Below are positions 10,139-19,759 of a stretch of 64,000 bases of DNA, piece by piece. Numbering within the stretch: position 1 is the first letter of the stretch; each line of letters begins with the position of its first letter. The translations under genes were made by a program, and so were the position numbers. Under the pieces are notes generated by a model, which saw only the letters and a list, made by a program, of their open reading frames with translations, made no database searches and had not been told where the DNA came from. This DNA is from Porticoccaceae bacterium (lineage in GTDB: Bacteria > Pseudomonadota > Gammaproteobacteria > Pseudomonadales > Porticoccaceae), in the NCBI GenBank assembly GCA_964231105.1, contig CAXRJI010000034.1:30235-94234 (forward strand), in the 5' to 3' direction.

Positions 10139-11155
10139 CTACCCTAGCTGACGGTTAACCACATCTGCCAATGCCTTTATATGGGTACTGTCGCTATTAA
10201 GGCACGGGATATAGTGGTAGGCCTCGCCTCCCGCTTCCATAAAGATCTCTCGACCTTCCATATTGATCTCTTCAATAGTCTCTAAACAATCTGAAGAGAA
10301 TCCTGGGCAGATCACCGCTAAATGCTTAGTGCCCTGTTCTGGCAATTGCTCAAGAGTTTCGTCTGTGTAGGGTTGAAGCCATGGCTCGCGGCCAAAGCGC
10401 GATTGGAAGGTTGTCATCACTTTGTCTTCTGGCAGATTTAACGATTCACGCACCAGCCTTGTGGTCTGATGACAGAAGCAGTGGTAAGGGTCACCGTTTT
10501 TAAGATAGCGCTCCGGCGTGCCATGATAGGAAAACATAAACTTATCGGGCTCACCCTGCTCTTTAATATGGCGCTTAATACTCGCGCAAATAGCCTTTAT
10601 ATAGGCTGGGTTTTGGTGATAGCCACCAATAAAATGTAACTCTGGTACCCAGCGCAATTTGGTAAAGCATTGGGCTAGGGCATCAAAAGTCGAGCCTGTG
10701 GTAGCACCCGAATATTGGGGGTACAGAGGCAATACGGTGATATTGCGTACATTTTGCTCTGTTAAACTTTTGATTGCGGATTCCATGGAGGGATTGCCAT
10801 AGCGCATACCCAAAACCACTGGCACATCCTTTTTATACTTCTCTGATAACAACCGCTGAACACCCTCTACCTGAGCGCGACTGTGTACCAGTAGCGGTGA
10901 GCCCTCCTCTGTCCATACGCTTCTATACAGTTTGGCTGAACGGCGCGGACGAATACGCAAGATAATTAGATTTAGAATTAGCCACCAAATTAGGCGCGGT
11001 ATTTCCACCACCCGTGGGTCGCTTAAGAACTCTTTAAGGTAACGGCGCAGCTCTGTTGTCTGCGGCGCATCGGGCGTACCCAGATTACACAGTATTACCC
11101 CTTGCTTGGGCGATGGACCTTGGTGGTCATACTCGGTTTGACCTTGATACTTCAT
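10139..11155 (-). CDS. hemH: Ferrochelatase
   Basis: NLGTPDAP, FLSDPRVVE, PLYPQYS, SYHG, FQSRFGREPWLQPY, DCLETIEE. Confidence 0.96.
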   Translation of the reverse strand: MKYQGQTEYDHQGPSPKQGVILCNLGTPDAPQTTELRRYLKEFLSDPRVVEIPRLIWWLILNLIILRIRPRRSAKLYRSVWTEEGSPLLVHSRAQVEGVQRLLSEKYKKDVPVVLGMRYGNPSMESAIKSLTEQNVRNITVLPLYPQYSGATTGSTFDALAQCFTKLRWVPELHFIGGYHQNPAYIKAICASIKRHIKEQGEPDKFMFSYHGTPERYLKNGDPYHCFCHQTTRLVRESLNLPEDKVMTTFQSRFGREPWLQPYTDETLEQLPEQGTKHLAVICPGFSSDCLETIEEINMEGREIFMEAGGEAYHYIPCLNSDSTHIKALADVVNRQLG

Positions 11156-11366
11156 AGGGCGGTTTCCAGATAGGGGTAAAGTAGTTAGTTATTCGAAATC
11201 CTACTGTAAGAGGTTTACTCGAACAAATGAATTTTTGGTTAATTTATTCTTTTTATGTTTCATATCCTATACTCAGTTACGGTTAGGTCTATAGTTTTTA
11301 TGAGGTCCTCTTGATTGAGGATTGAGAGTAATAGCCTAATTGAAGAAAAATTCTTATATGATTTTC

Positions 11367-11383
11367 GTTGCGCAACACGCAAC
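11367..11383. promoter_or_regulatory. Inverted repeat upstream of higB, candidate HigA operator
   Basis: GTTGCG-caaca-CGCAAC, which also contains the perfect palindrome GTTGCGCAAC, 10 bp before the higB ATG. Confidence 0.45.
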
Positions 11384-11392
11384 ATTTATTAT

Positions 11393-11671
11393 ATGATCAA
11401 ATCAATTAAGCACAAAGGTCTTATGCGCTTCTACAGCACTGGCAGCATCCGTGGTATTCAGCCGCAACATGCAACAAAGTTACGAATGCAATTGGCAGCT
11501 TTAGATACCGCTATGGTTATTGAGGATCTGGATATCCCCGGCTATCGACTGCATCAGTTGCAGGGTCAGCGCAAAGGTATCTGGTCAATCACCGTCAATG
11601 CTAACTGGCGTCTAACCTTTGCGTTTATTGAGGGTAATGTTTTTCTACTTAATTATGAGGACTATCATTGA
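11393..11671 (+). CDS. higB: HigB (RelE/ParE superfamily) toxin
   Basis: MIKSIKHKGL..F, PGYRLHQL.G..KGIWSITVNANWRLTF.F...DYH; true start ATG 11393 (ORF-track extension from 11315 is unlikely). Confidence 0.9.
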   Translation: MIKSIKHKGLMRFYSTGSIRGIQPQHATKLRMQLAALDTAMVIEDLDIPGYRLHQLQGQRKGIWSITVNANWRLTFAFIEGNVFLLNYEDYH

Positions 11672-11683
11672 GGGCTAACACTG

Positions 11684-11977
11684 ATGACTATGCACAATCC
11701 GCCCCACCCGGGTGAATTTATACAGGCAACCTATATGCAACCCTTTGATTTGAGTTGTCGTTATTTGGCTAGGCAACTCAATGTGGCACCCTCTACCCTC
11801 AATAGGGTGCTTAAAGCCCAGAGTGGTATCAGCCCAGAGATGGCTTTGCGTCTTTCCAAGGCGTTGGGTCGCACGCCTGAGAGCTGGCTTGCTATGCAAC
11901 ATACTTATGATCTCTGGCAGGCTAAGCAAACCATCGAACTGGATAGCGTCAATAAAGTTAAACTAGATGCCGCTTAA
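11684..11977 (+). CDS. higA: HigA antitoxin (HTH XRE)
   Basis: MHNPPHPGEFI, ISPEMALRL...LG..PESWLAMQ..YDLW; toxin-first order typical of higBA. Confidence 0.92.
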   Translation: MTMHNPPHPGEFIQATYMQPFDLSCRYLARQLNVAPSTLNRVLKAQSGISPEMALRLSKALGRTPESWLAMQHTYDLWQAKQTIELDSVNKVKLDAA

Positions 11978-12003
11978 TTCTTAGCGAAGTTTTATTAAAG
12001 CCT

Positions 12004-13287
12004 TTAGCGTACTTTGGGCAACTCCCCCCAGCGCGTGGTGTAGGCCGGTGATAGATGTTCACGCTTTATGGCCCATTTCTTTTTGATGCCCTGCCCGGCA
12101 AAAAATAAACCGCCCTTATTTTTGCGGTTAACCTGATCCATAAGGGTCATCAGTTTATTGCTTCTATTGTCCCCTTTGGGATGAGTATTAAGCACATCGA
12201 ATATATCTGGCTGATAGATACCTGACGCATAAAAATCCGAGAGCATTACGCCACATTTAGCGTAGTGATAATCGTCGCGCCATATCTGTCTTAGCAGCTT
12301 GACTGCCAGTGCGATTAAATCTCGGGTATTGTCAGTGGCATTCACCAACTCACTGGAAGCGGCATTTGAATACTGAGGTCTATCAGTACTAAATGGGCTG
12401 GTGCGAATAAATACCGTCAGCACTTTGGTCTGTTGTCGTTCTTTGCGCAGCTTCTCTCCGGCGCGCACCGTATGCTCACAGACTGCCTCGCGCATCTGAT
12501 TAAAGGTAGTCACTCGCTGACCAAATGAGCGACTACAGACAATTTGCTTTTTCGCTGCAGGTATTTCTTCAAGGGCTATACAGGACTCGCCATTAAGCTC
12601 TCTAACGGTGCGCTCTACTACCACTGAAAATTGCTTTCGAATCAGCTTTTCCGGACTATCGGCCAAATCCAGTGCAGTTCTAACCCCCATAGCATGAAGT
12701 CTTTTGCCGAGGCGTCTACCTATGCCCCAGATTTCTTCAACCGGTACCAGTTCCATTAGCCGGCGCTGGCGCTGTGGACTGGTTAGATCCACCACGCCCT
12801 GAGTGGCTGGGAATTTTTTCGCCGCATAATTAGCCAGTTTGGCCAATGTCTTGGAGGGCACAATACCGACACAGACGGGAATGCCGATCCACTGGCCAAT
12901 GGCCTGTTTAATATTTTCGCCATATTGCTGTAGCGGCATAATCGCTTGGGTATTACTTAAGTCGAGAAACGCTTCATCGATTGAATAGATCTCTACGCTG
13001 GGCACCATACTTTCCAGTGTATTCATTACCCGCGCGCTCATATCTGCATAGAGTGCAAAGTTAGAGGAGAAGACTTTGATTTTATGGGCGCGAATTTCCT
13101 GTTGAATTTTAAACACCGGCACACCCATTTTAATACCTAGCGCTTTGGATTCTTTGGAACGCGCTATCACACAGCCATCATTATTGGATAACACAACCAC
13201 CGGCCTATGGCGCAAATCGGGTCGAAACAGTTTTTCGCAACTGGCATAAAAGTTATTGCAGTCAACTAATGCGAATACATTACTCAT
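12004..13287 (-). CDS. umuC: DNA polymerase V subunit UmuC
   Basis: LVDCNNFYASCE, VLSNNDGC, YSIDEAF, KTLAKLAN, C-terminal W..KRE.LSPAYTTRW (DUF4113). Confidence 0.95.
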   Translation of the reverse strand: MSNVFALVDCNNFYASCEKLFRPDLRHRPVVVLSNNDGCVIARSKESKALGIKMGVPVFKIQQEIRAHKIKVFSSNFALYADMSARVMNTLESMVPSVEIYSIDEAFLDLSNTQAIMPLQQYGENIKQAIGQWIGIPVCVGIVPSKTLAKLANYAAKKFPATQGVVDLTSPQRQRRLMELVPVEEIWGIGRRLGKRLHAMGVRTALDLADSPEKLIRKQFSVVVERTVRELNGESCIALEEIPAAKKQIVCSRSFGQRVTTFNQMREAVCEHTVRAGEKLRKERQQTKVLTVFIRTSPFSTDRPQYSNAASSELVNATDNTRDLIALAVKLLRQIWRDDYHYAKCGVMLSDFYASGIYQPDIFDVLNTHPKGDNRSNKLMTLMDQVNRKNKGGLFFAGQGIKKKWAIKREHLSPAYTTRWGELPKVR

Positions 13288-13296
13288 GGAGATTAT

Positions 13297-13743
13297 CTAT
13301 TTGCGCTGGGTATTGCGAATTACACTGATCACTACCCCAAAGATAGTTAACTCACAGCCCTCGGGGATATCGATGGGTGTGTAGGCAGCGTTTCTGGGTA
13401 TTAATCGCACACAGGGTTTAAGTTGCAGTTCTTTTACCGTGAGCTCACTGTTAATCTCAGCAATAATAATATCCCCCTGCTTGGCTTTAACTGAGCGGTC
13501 GACCACCAGAATATCGTCGGCATAGATACCGGCTTCAATCATGGAATCGCCCTCGACGCGGACAAAAAAAGTCGCATTGGGACGCTTGATACAGAGCTCG
13601 TTTAAATCAAGCGTCTGCTCAATATAGTCCTGTGCTGGTGAGGGGAACCCCGCCGAAACGGGCTCCGTAAATAGGGGAATTTTTAGGCATTTCGCCGCTA
13701 CCACATCGAGAGCGCTAATGCCGCTTAATAGCGAGACACTCAT
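13297..13743 (-). CDS. umuD: DNA polymerase V subunit UmuD
   Basis: AGFPSPA cleavage site, catalytic Ser (GDSM) and Lys (TVK). Confidence 0.95.
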   Translation of the reverse strand: MSVSLLSGISALDVVAAKCLKIPLFTEPVSAGFPSPAQDYIEQTLDLNELCIKRPNATFFVRVEGDSMIEAGIYADDILVVDRSVKAKQGDIIIAEINSELTVKELQLKPCVRLIPRNAAYTPIDIPEGCELTIFGVVISVIRNTQRK

Positions 13744-13771
13744 TAAAACCTCAGGGGAAATAAACTGATAA

Positions 13772-13787
13772 CTGTATATTTATACAG
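13772..13787. promoter_or_regulatory. LexA (SOS) box of umuDC
   Basis: CTGTATATTTATACAG = CTG-N10-CAG with AT-alternating spacer, 28 bp upstream of the umuD ATG. Confidence 0.93.
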
Positions 13788-13999
13788 TATCTAATAATTT
13801 ACGGATTTCTACAAGTAAAATTATCTTTTTTACAATCATGGTAAATAATTCTTATGTAGCACTGTGTATTTGATAGAGATTGAAAGATGCACTATCAATT
13901 ATTCATTGATTGTTTCTCTTAGTAAGATCGGGGAGAATAGCCCCCGTTTTAAATACTCGCTGCATAAATATTCAGGTAAAAGCTAGAAGATTAGAATAG

Positions 14000-15586
14000 A
14001 TGTCAAACGCAAAAAGTCCCGATAAGGTCTCACAGAGACGCACCTTCGCCATTATCTCTCACCCCGATGCAGGTAAGACCACGATCACAGAAAAGTTACT
14101 GCTACTGGGTAATCTGATTCAGGTGGCAGGAACGGTTAAGGGACGCAAGAGCGATCGTCATGCCACCTCTGACTGGATGAGCATGGAAAAAGAGCGGGGA
14201 ATTTCTGTGACCTCCTCGGTGATGCAGTTTCCCTATAACGACTGTGTGGTCAATTTGCTGGATACCCCAGGTCACGAGGACTTTTCTGAGGATACCTATC
14301 GCACATTAACCGCCGTAGACTCATCATTAATGGTGATTGACGGCGCTAAAGGGGTGGAGGACAGAACCATTAAATTAATGGAGGTCTGCCGTCTGCGCGA
14401 TACGCCGATTATTTCGTTTATCAATAAAATGGACCGCGATATTCGCGACCCTATTGACCTGCTTGATGAAATTGAAGAGGTGCTGAATATTAGCGCAGCA
14501 CCGATTAATTGGCCCATTGGTATGGGGCGCGGATTTCGCGGTGTTTATAACCTCTATACAGACACTATTCATGTCTATGTTCAGGGCAAGGGCCATACAC
14601 TGATGGATGATATCCAAATTAAGGGCCTAGACTCAGAAGAAGCGCGCGAGGCACTGGGAGACTTTGCCGACGATGTATTGGAAGAACTGGAGCTAGTCAA
14701 AGGTGCAACCCATCAGTTTGATATGGATGAATTTTTAGCCGGACGTCTAACACCGGTATTTTTTGGCACGGCGCTGGGCAACTTTGGGGTACGTGAAATG
14801 CTCGATGACTTTGTGCGCTGGGCTCCACAGCCGCAACCTCGAGCGACCCTAGACCGAGAGGTCTCGGCACAGGAAGGTAAATTTAGTGGCTTTGTTTTTA
14901 AGATACAGGCCAATATGGACCCTAAACATCGCGACCGTATTGCCTTTTTGCGCATTTGTTCAGGTACCTATACCAAGGGTATGAAGATAAAACATGTGCG
15001 CACTGGCAAAGATATGCGAATTGCCGATGCCTTTAGCTTTAAAGCCGGTGAGCGAATCTCAGTTGAAGAAGCAGTGGCCGGCGATATTATTGGCTTGCAT
15101 AATCATGGTTCGATTCAAATTGGTGATGCTTTTACCGAAGGTGAGTCACTAAAATTTACTGGGATTCCCCACTTTGCGCCGGAGTTATTTAAGCGCATTC
15201 GCTTAAAAGATCCGCTTAAAACCAAACAATTACAAAATGGTATTCGTCAGCTTTCAGAGGAAGGCAGTACTCAGGTATTTTTCCCCTTTCGCAATAATGA
15301 CATTATTGTGGGTGCAGTGGGCCAGCTTCAGTTTGATGTAGTGGCTTTTCGCCTAAAAGAGGAATATGGCGTGGAAGCTATTTATGAGCCTGTTAATGTA
15401 CAAACAGCGCGCTGGGTTGAATCTGAGGACGATAAAAAACTGACAACTTTTAGGAATAAAGTTGAAGAAAATCTTGCCCTGGACGGCGGTGGTCACCTAA
15501 CCTATTTGGCGCCCACCCGTGTGAATCTCTCGTTGGCTGAGGAGCGTTATCCAGATATAAGCTTTACTGCCACCCGAGAGCACTAG
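14000..15586 (+). CDS. prfC: Peptide chain release factor 3
   Basis: [40 protein letters not shown]. Confidence 0.97.
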   Translation: MSNAKSPDKVSQRRTFAIISHPDAGKTTITEKLLLLGNLIQVAGTVKGRKSDRHATSDWMSMEKERGISVTSSVMQFPYNDCVVNLLDTPGHEDFSEDTYRTLTAVDSSLMVIDGAKGVEDRTIKLMEVCRLRDTPIISFINKMDRDIRDPIDLLDEIEEVLNISAAPINWPIGMGRGFRGVYNLYTDTIHVYVQGKGHTLMDDIQIKGLDSEEAREALGDFADDVLEELELVKGATHQFDMDEFLAGRLTPVFFGTALGNFGVREMLDDFVRWAPQPQPRATLDREVSAQEGKFSGFVFKIQANMDPKHRDRIAFLRICSGTYTKGMKIKHVRTGKDMRIADAFSFKAGERISVEEAVAGDIIGLHNHGSIQIGDAFTEGESLKFTGIPHFAPELFKRIRLKDPLKTKQLQNGIRQLSEEGSTQVFFPFRNNDIIVGAVGQLQFDVVAFRLKEEYGVEAIYEPVNVQTARWVESEDDKKLTTFRNKVEENLALDGGGHLTYLAPTRVNLSLAEERYPDISFTATREH

Positions 15587-15647
15587 AACAATTTAAGATC
15601 ACCAAATATTAAAATAATGGTTATTAATAATCAGTGTGGGGTAGATA

Positions 15648-16250
15648 ATGAGCAGACTAAAACCATTTGAAGAAAACCAATGTCCAGAGCACTTGCGAGC
15701 TAATCGCAGCGTCTTAACACGCTGGTTTGGTCGCACGTTTTATGGCCTATTTGGCTGGAAATTGGAGGGCAATATCGTCAATGCGGAGCGTGTATTGATT
15801 ACTGCTGCACCTCACACCTCCAACTGGGATGCTGTACTGGGATTTGCCGCTATTTTAGGCATAAACGTTCGTCTGCACTGGCTCGGCAAACACAGCATTT
15901 TTCTACCGGGACTGCGCTGGTTTATGCGCTGGCTGGGTGGTATTCCCGTCAACCGAAAAAATCCAGAGGCGGTGATGGGTTATGTCAATGACGCAGTATC
16001 CAAGCATGAGGGCGTGGTGATTATTGTAGCGCCAGAGGGTACACGTAAAAAAGCCAAAAAATGGAAAACGGGATTCTTACGCATTGCCGAAGCCAATGAC
16101 TGTGTTATCCAACTGGGTGCGTTGGACTTTCCCAATAAACGTATTGTACTGGGTAAAACCTTTGAGCCCACAGGGGACTACGAAGCTGATATTGAAAGTA
16201 TTAAACAGTGGTATAAGCAGTTTGAAGGCAAATACCCAGATCAGTTTTAG
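15648..16250 (+). CDS. 1-acyl-sn-glycerol-3-phosphate acyltransferase family protein
   Basis: HTSNWD (HX4D), LGGIPVNR, APEGTR, WKTGF motifs. Confidence 0.88.
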   Translation: MSRLKPFEENQCPEHLRANRSVLTRWFGRTFYGLFGWKLEGNIVNAERVLITAAPHTSNWDAVLGFAAILGINVRLHWLGKHSIFLPGLRWFMRWLGGIPVNRKNPEAVMGYVNDAVSKHEGVVIIVAPEGTRKKAKKWKTGFLRIAEANDCVIQLGALDFPNKRIVLGKTFEPTGDYEADIESIKQWYKQFEGKYPDQF

Positions 16251-16302
16251 GCACCCAATAGAAGCGAGTAAAAGCAAATAGAAGCGAGGCAAAACCAAGA
16301 GC

Positions 16303-16665
16303 ATGGCACCAGACTTTATTATCACTCTGTTACTGTCATTTGTGGTGATACTTATTGCATTATTCGTGTTTCAGTATGTAAGACCGCCGGTTTATAGAGT
16401 CGAAGCAATCAATATCAAACGCTTGCTAGAGTCAGCTCTCAATGGACAGGCCACCGCAACGGATTGGGATATTTTTCTCAGCATGCCCATTCGCCAAGAT
16501 CCTGAACTAGATCAAATTCGCCTTAAATGTGCTATGTTGGCAAGCACAGAGTTTAGTGAACGGCAGGGACGGATTGTTTTTAGTGAAGCCGCTAAGCAGG
16601 AGGTCACTGAGTTTTTGCAACAATTAAATAAAAAAATACAGGTATCGGAATTAGATCATGATTGA
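16303..16665 (+). CDS. Hypothetical protein with N-terminal membrane anchor
   Basis: Hydrophobic N-terminus (IITLLLSFVVILIALFVF); overlaps the next gene by 8 bp, operon-like. Confidence 0.7.
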   Translation: MAPDFIITLLLSFVVILIALFVFQYVRPPVYRVEAINIKRLLESALNGQATATDWDIFLSMPIRQDPELDQIRLKCAMLASTEFSERQGRIVFSEAAKQEVTEFLQQLNKKIQVSELDHD

Positions 16666-17689
16666 TAAAACCTCACCTATATCTAAGTTTTTAGTGGTAG
16701 CTGCAGCCTTTGTAATTGTGGTTTCTGGTCTAAAGATGGCCTCTTCCTTGGTCGTGCCTTTTCTACTCTCCGTTTTTATTGCAATGATTGTGTCTCCACT
16801 ATTAGCTCTGCTAAAAAAACGCGGTATACCAGGGGTTGCCGCCATCGCTTTGGTGATTATGTTAATAATGTCTATCGGCCTTATGCTAGGGGCAGTGATT
16901 GGCTCGTCTCTGGACAGCTTTAGAGAGGATATGCCTATTTACTCAGCCAAGTTGTCTGCCATGAGCGAATCTCTGCAACAATGGTTGAGCGCTAGAGGTA
17001 TTGCGATTGATGCAACCCAGTGGCAGAGCAGTTTTGATCCCTCAGCGGTGATGAGCTTGGTAGGCAGTACCTTAGCTTCGTTTGGCAATGTAATGACTAA
17101 CTCGGTCATGATCTTGCTCACTGTAATTTTTATTCTGGCGGAAAATATAACATTCGGAGAGAAATTAAAGCTGGCGCGCGGCAATGCCAACTCGCAACAA
17201 TGGCTAAGTAAATTTTCAGACAGTGTTCAAGGCTATCTGGCAATCAAAGCTGCTATTAGCGTTGCCACAGGTCTACTGATATTTATTTGGCTCAGTATTG
17301 TAGGTGTTGACTATGCAGTGCTCTGGGGACTGTTGGCATTTCTTTTAAATTTTGTTCCCACGGTAGGCTCATTTATTGCTGCAGTACCCGCCGTTTTACT
17401 GGCATTGGTTCAATTGGGTTTGGGCCCTGCGGGTTTGACTCTGGGTGGCTTTGTTGCTGTCAATTTCCTAATGGGCAGTGCTCTGGAGCCGCGCCTCATG
17501 GGCAAGGGGCTTGATCTGTCGCCCCTAGTAGTTTTTGTTTCCTTGGTACTTTGGGGTTGGGTGCTGGGGCCTGTCGGTATGTTGTTATCCATACCTCTGA
17601 CCATCATGATCAAGATCGCCCTTGAAACTCAACCTGATACGCGTTGGATAAGTATTATGTTGGGTGGCGGCAATAGCAAACCAGATTAG
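16658..17689 (+). CDS. AI-2E family (PerM/TqsA-like) transporter
   Basis: Multi-TM; LLNFVPTVGS, EPRLMGKGLDLSPLVVF, WGWVLGPVGMLLSIPLT. Confidence 0.88.
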   Translation: MIDKTSPISKFLVVAAAFVIVVSGLKMASSLVVPFLLSVFIAMIVSPLLALLKKRGIPGVAAIALVIMLIMSIGLMLGAVIGSSLDSFREDMPIYSAKLSAMSESLQQWLSARGIAIDATQWQSSFDPSAVMSLVGSTLASFGNVMTNSVMILLTVIFILAENITFGEKLKLARGNANSQQWLSKFSDSVQGYLAIKAAISVATGLLIFIWLSIVGVDYAVLWGLLAFLLNFVPTVGSFIAAVPAVLLALVQLGLGPAGLTLGGFVAVNFLMGSALEPRLMGKGLDLSPLVVFVSLVLWGWVLGPVGMLLSIPLTIMIKIALETQPDTRWISIMLGGGNSKPD

Positions 17690-17828
17690 GTAGGTTCTGC
17701 TTTTCTCTCTTTGCTTGCAAATGCTTGTAAGCAAGAGCCAGCTATTTGTTTTAAAGGCTATTTTGCTGTTAATATCCGCACCTGCAACAGATTAGATCAG
17801 TCAATTAATTACTAAAGGGAATTAGTAA

Positions 17829-18134
17829 ATGAAGATCTTTGTATCACTGCCTTGGATGGCATTAATCATCTCCTGCCTTATTTCTGCGATCGCGGCCTCG
17901 TCAGAATCGTCCTCGCCCCAAAATGACTTGATTAAATGTAGTCATTTAAAACAGCAGATAGCGAGTCTAAAAGCTAACGACAGACCAGTTTCAAAAGGTT
18001 CAAAGAGACAAATTGAAAATTATGTCTTTTCAGGACTGATTGGAAACCAGATCAAAAGCAGCCAAACTCGCAATTCAGCAGACAAGCGATTCAAACACCT
18101 AAGCAATCAATATGCGCTGAAGTGTAGCAGGTAG
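17829..18134 (+). CDS. Hypothetical small secreted protein
   Basis: SD-like AAGGGA upstream; signal-peptide-like N-terminus; two Cys in the mature part. Confidence 0.6.
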   Translation: MKIFVSLPWMALIISCLISAIAASSESSSPQNDLIKCSHLKQQIASLKANDRPVSKGSKRQIENYVFSGLIGNQIKSSQTRNSADKRFKHLSNQYALKCSR

Positions 18135-18225
18135 GTATTTATATATTTTTAGCATTGTCTCAAGAGGTCGAGACTGATAAATAAGACTGGTTAGAAATAG
18201 ACCGTTTGTTACAAGCTAAAAGAGT

Positions 18226-18301
18226 TGGTGCCCAGGGGCGGAATCGAACCACCGACACGAGGATTTTCAGTCCACTGCTCTACCAACTGAGCTACCTGGG
18301 C
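18226..18301 (-). tRNA. tRNA-Phe (GAA)
   Basis: Reverse complement GCCCAGGTAGCTCAGTTGGTAGAGCAGTGGACTGAAAATCCTCGTGTCGGTGGTTCGATTCCGCCCCTGGGCACCA: 76 nt, D-loop, GAA anticodon, GTTCGA T-loop, encoded CCA. Confidence 0.98.
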
Positions 18302-18350
18302 AAATTGGGAAGGCGCGTATTAAAACGTTTGATTGGCGCTTCGTCAAGGA

Positions 18351-18623
18351 TTATTGCGCTGGGGGAATATATCCATCAGCCTTATCAACTTCTTTACCCT
18401 CAAAGAATTTTTCTCGCTGCTCTTCTAGGTAGTTACGCGCTGTTAAATCCATCATATTTAGACGCATTTCATTGATTAAAGTTGTCTGATGGGACACCCA
18501 CTCGTTCCAAGCCTGCTTTGAAACTGTATTAAATATTTGCTCACCCTTAGGGCCGGGAAAAGGAGGCATATCCAGTCCGGGAAGTTCTTTATTGTATTTG
18601 CGACATTGCACAGTTCGCGCCAT
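18351..18623 (-). CDS. yggX: Fe(II)-trafficking / oxidative damage protection protein
   Basis: [18 protein letters not shown]...VSKQAW..W...QT.LINE.RLNM. Confidence 0.93.
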   Translation of the reverse strand: MARTVQCRKYNKELPGLDMPPFPGPKGEQIFNTVSKQAWNEWVSHQTTLINEMRLNMMDLTARNYLEEQREKFFEGKEVDKADGYIPPAQ

Positions 18624-18629
18624 AGCCAG

Positions 18630-19691
18630 TTACCTTAAGGGATAATTTTTACCGTAGCCATCGAGAAGCGCCTTTACCGGCGCGGGCATTCCCAATGATA
18701 AAGGTTTTTTTGGGTTATACCAACGTTGATCACTGTTATCAGCCACCCTGTCTGAGATTCTTTCAACGTAAACAGCCACTGGCTGATAATCTAAATGAAA
18801 ATGACTAAAGGTATGGCGCTGTTTTTCTAAAAGCTGACTGCTTACAGACCCAAATCCTAAGCGCTGAGCAAACTCAGGCAACTGGTCTAGGGTTTCAATT
18901 TGCGGAAATACCCAGAGGCCACCCCACAACCCCGTTGGTGGATTTTGTTGTAACAGTAGCTCACCTTGCTTATTGCAAATCAATAGAAATATGGTTTCTT
19001 TGATGGGTAATTTCTTTTTTGGCTTTTTACCGGGAAAGTCCTGAGGATTGCCCTGTGCATTGGCTAGACAGTCAGTTGCAAGAGGACATTCGCAACAGTT
19101 GGGTGAGGTTTTAGTGCATAGGGTCGCACCCAAATCCATCATCGCCTGACTATAGTCGGCCGTATGTGTTTGAGGACTAAAGCTTTCTGCGATTTCCCAA
19201 AGCTGGTTATGAACAGAACTCTTGCCCGGCCATCCTGCTACTCCAGCAAATCTGGCCAAAACACGCTTTACATTACCATCGAGAATAGCGGCGGGTTTCT
19301 TGAAAGCGATTGAGCGAATAGCGCCAGCAGTAGAACGGCCAATACCCGGCAAATCTGTTAACTGCTCTATATCATCGGGAAACTGTCCATTGTGGGTGGT
19401 ACAGATAATTTGAGCTGTTTTGTGTAGATTGCGTGCCCGTGCGTAATAACCCAATCCAGTCCAGTGATGCAGTACATTATCCAAAGGCGCAGTAGCCAAT
19501 TTATCTACCGTTGGAAACGATTGCATAAATCGTTCAAAGTATGGAATAACTGTAGCAACCTGAGTCTGTTGCAACATAATTTCAGAGACCCATACGCGGT
19601 AGGGATTAATAGATTGCTGCCAAGGTAAATCTGAACGACCGGAGTGCTTAAACCACCCCAGAACAGCCTGTTGAAAATCTTCAGCAATCAT
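18630..19691 (-). CDS. mutY: A/G-specific adenine glycosylase
   Basis: VWVSEIMLQQTQV, W.GLGYYARARNL, HhH LPGIGRSTA, DGNVKRV, FeS motif C..T.PNC..CPL...C. Confidence 0.96.
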   Translation of the reverse strand: MIAEDFQQAVLGWFKHSGRSDLPWQQSINPYRVWVSEIMLQQTQVATVIPYFERFMQSFPTVDKLATAPLDNVLHHWTGLGYYARARNLHKTAQIICTTHNGQFPDDIEQLTDLPGIGRSTAGAIRSIAFKKPAAILDGNVKRVLARFAGVAGWPGKSSVHNQLWEIAESFSPQTHTADYSQAMMDLGATLCTKTSPNCCECPLATDCLANAQGNPQDFPGKKPKKKLPIKETIFLLICNKQGELLLQQNPPTGLWGGLWVFPQIETLDQLPEFAQRLGFGSVSSQLLEKQRHTFSHFHLDYQPVAVYVERISDRVADNSDQRWYNPKKPLSLGMPAPVKALLDGYGKNYPLR

Positions 19692-19759
19692 TATTATTTG
19701 AGTAAATTGGTATTTTGATTATTTGTTTGTTTGAGTGGTTTGCCCTATTTAGTTGCTGG

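Noticed and set aside
11315-11392. N-terminal extensions in the ORF track (higB; likewise kdsA 40148-40264, hemD 50111-50179, kinase 61088-61144)
   Set aside because: Longest-ORF artefacts; family-typical N-termini begin at the downstream ATG, and several extensions overlap neighbouring genes.
13862-13877. Second LexA box (CTGTGTATTTGATAGA)
   Set aside because: Right half-site is AGA, not CAG.
11156-18301. Genomic island bounded by a duplicated tRNA-Phe 3' end
   Set aside because: No second copy of the tRNA 3' sequence and no integrase seen by eye; the interval contains core prfC.
18206-18475. 89-aa plus-strand ORF
   Set aside because: Antisense reading of tRNA-Phe and yggX.
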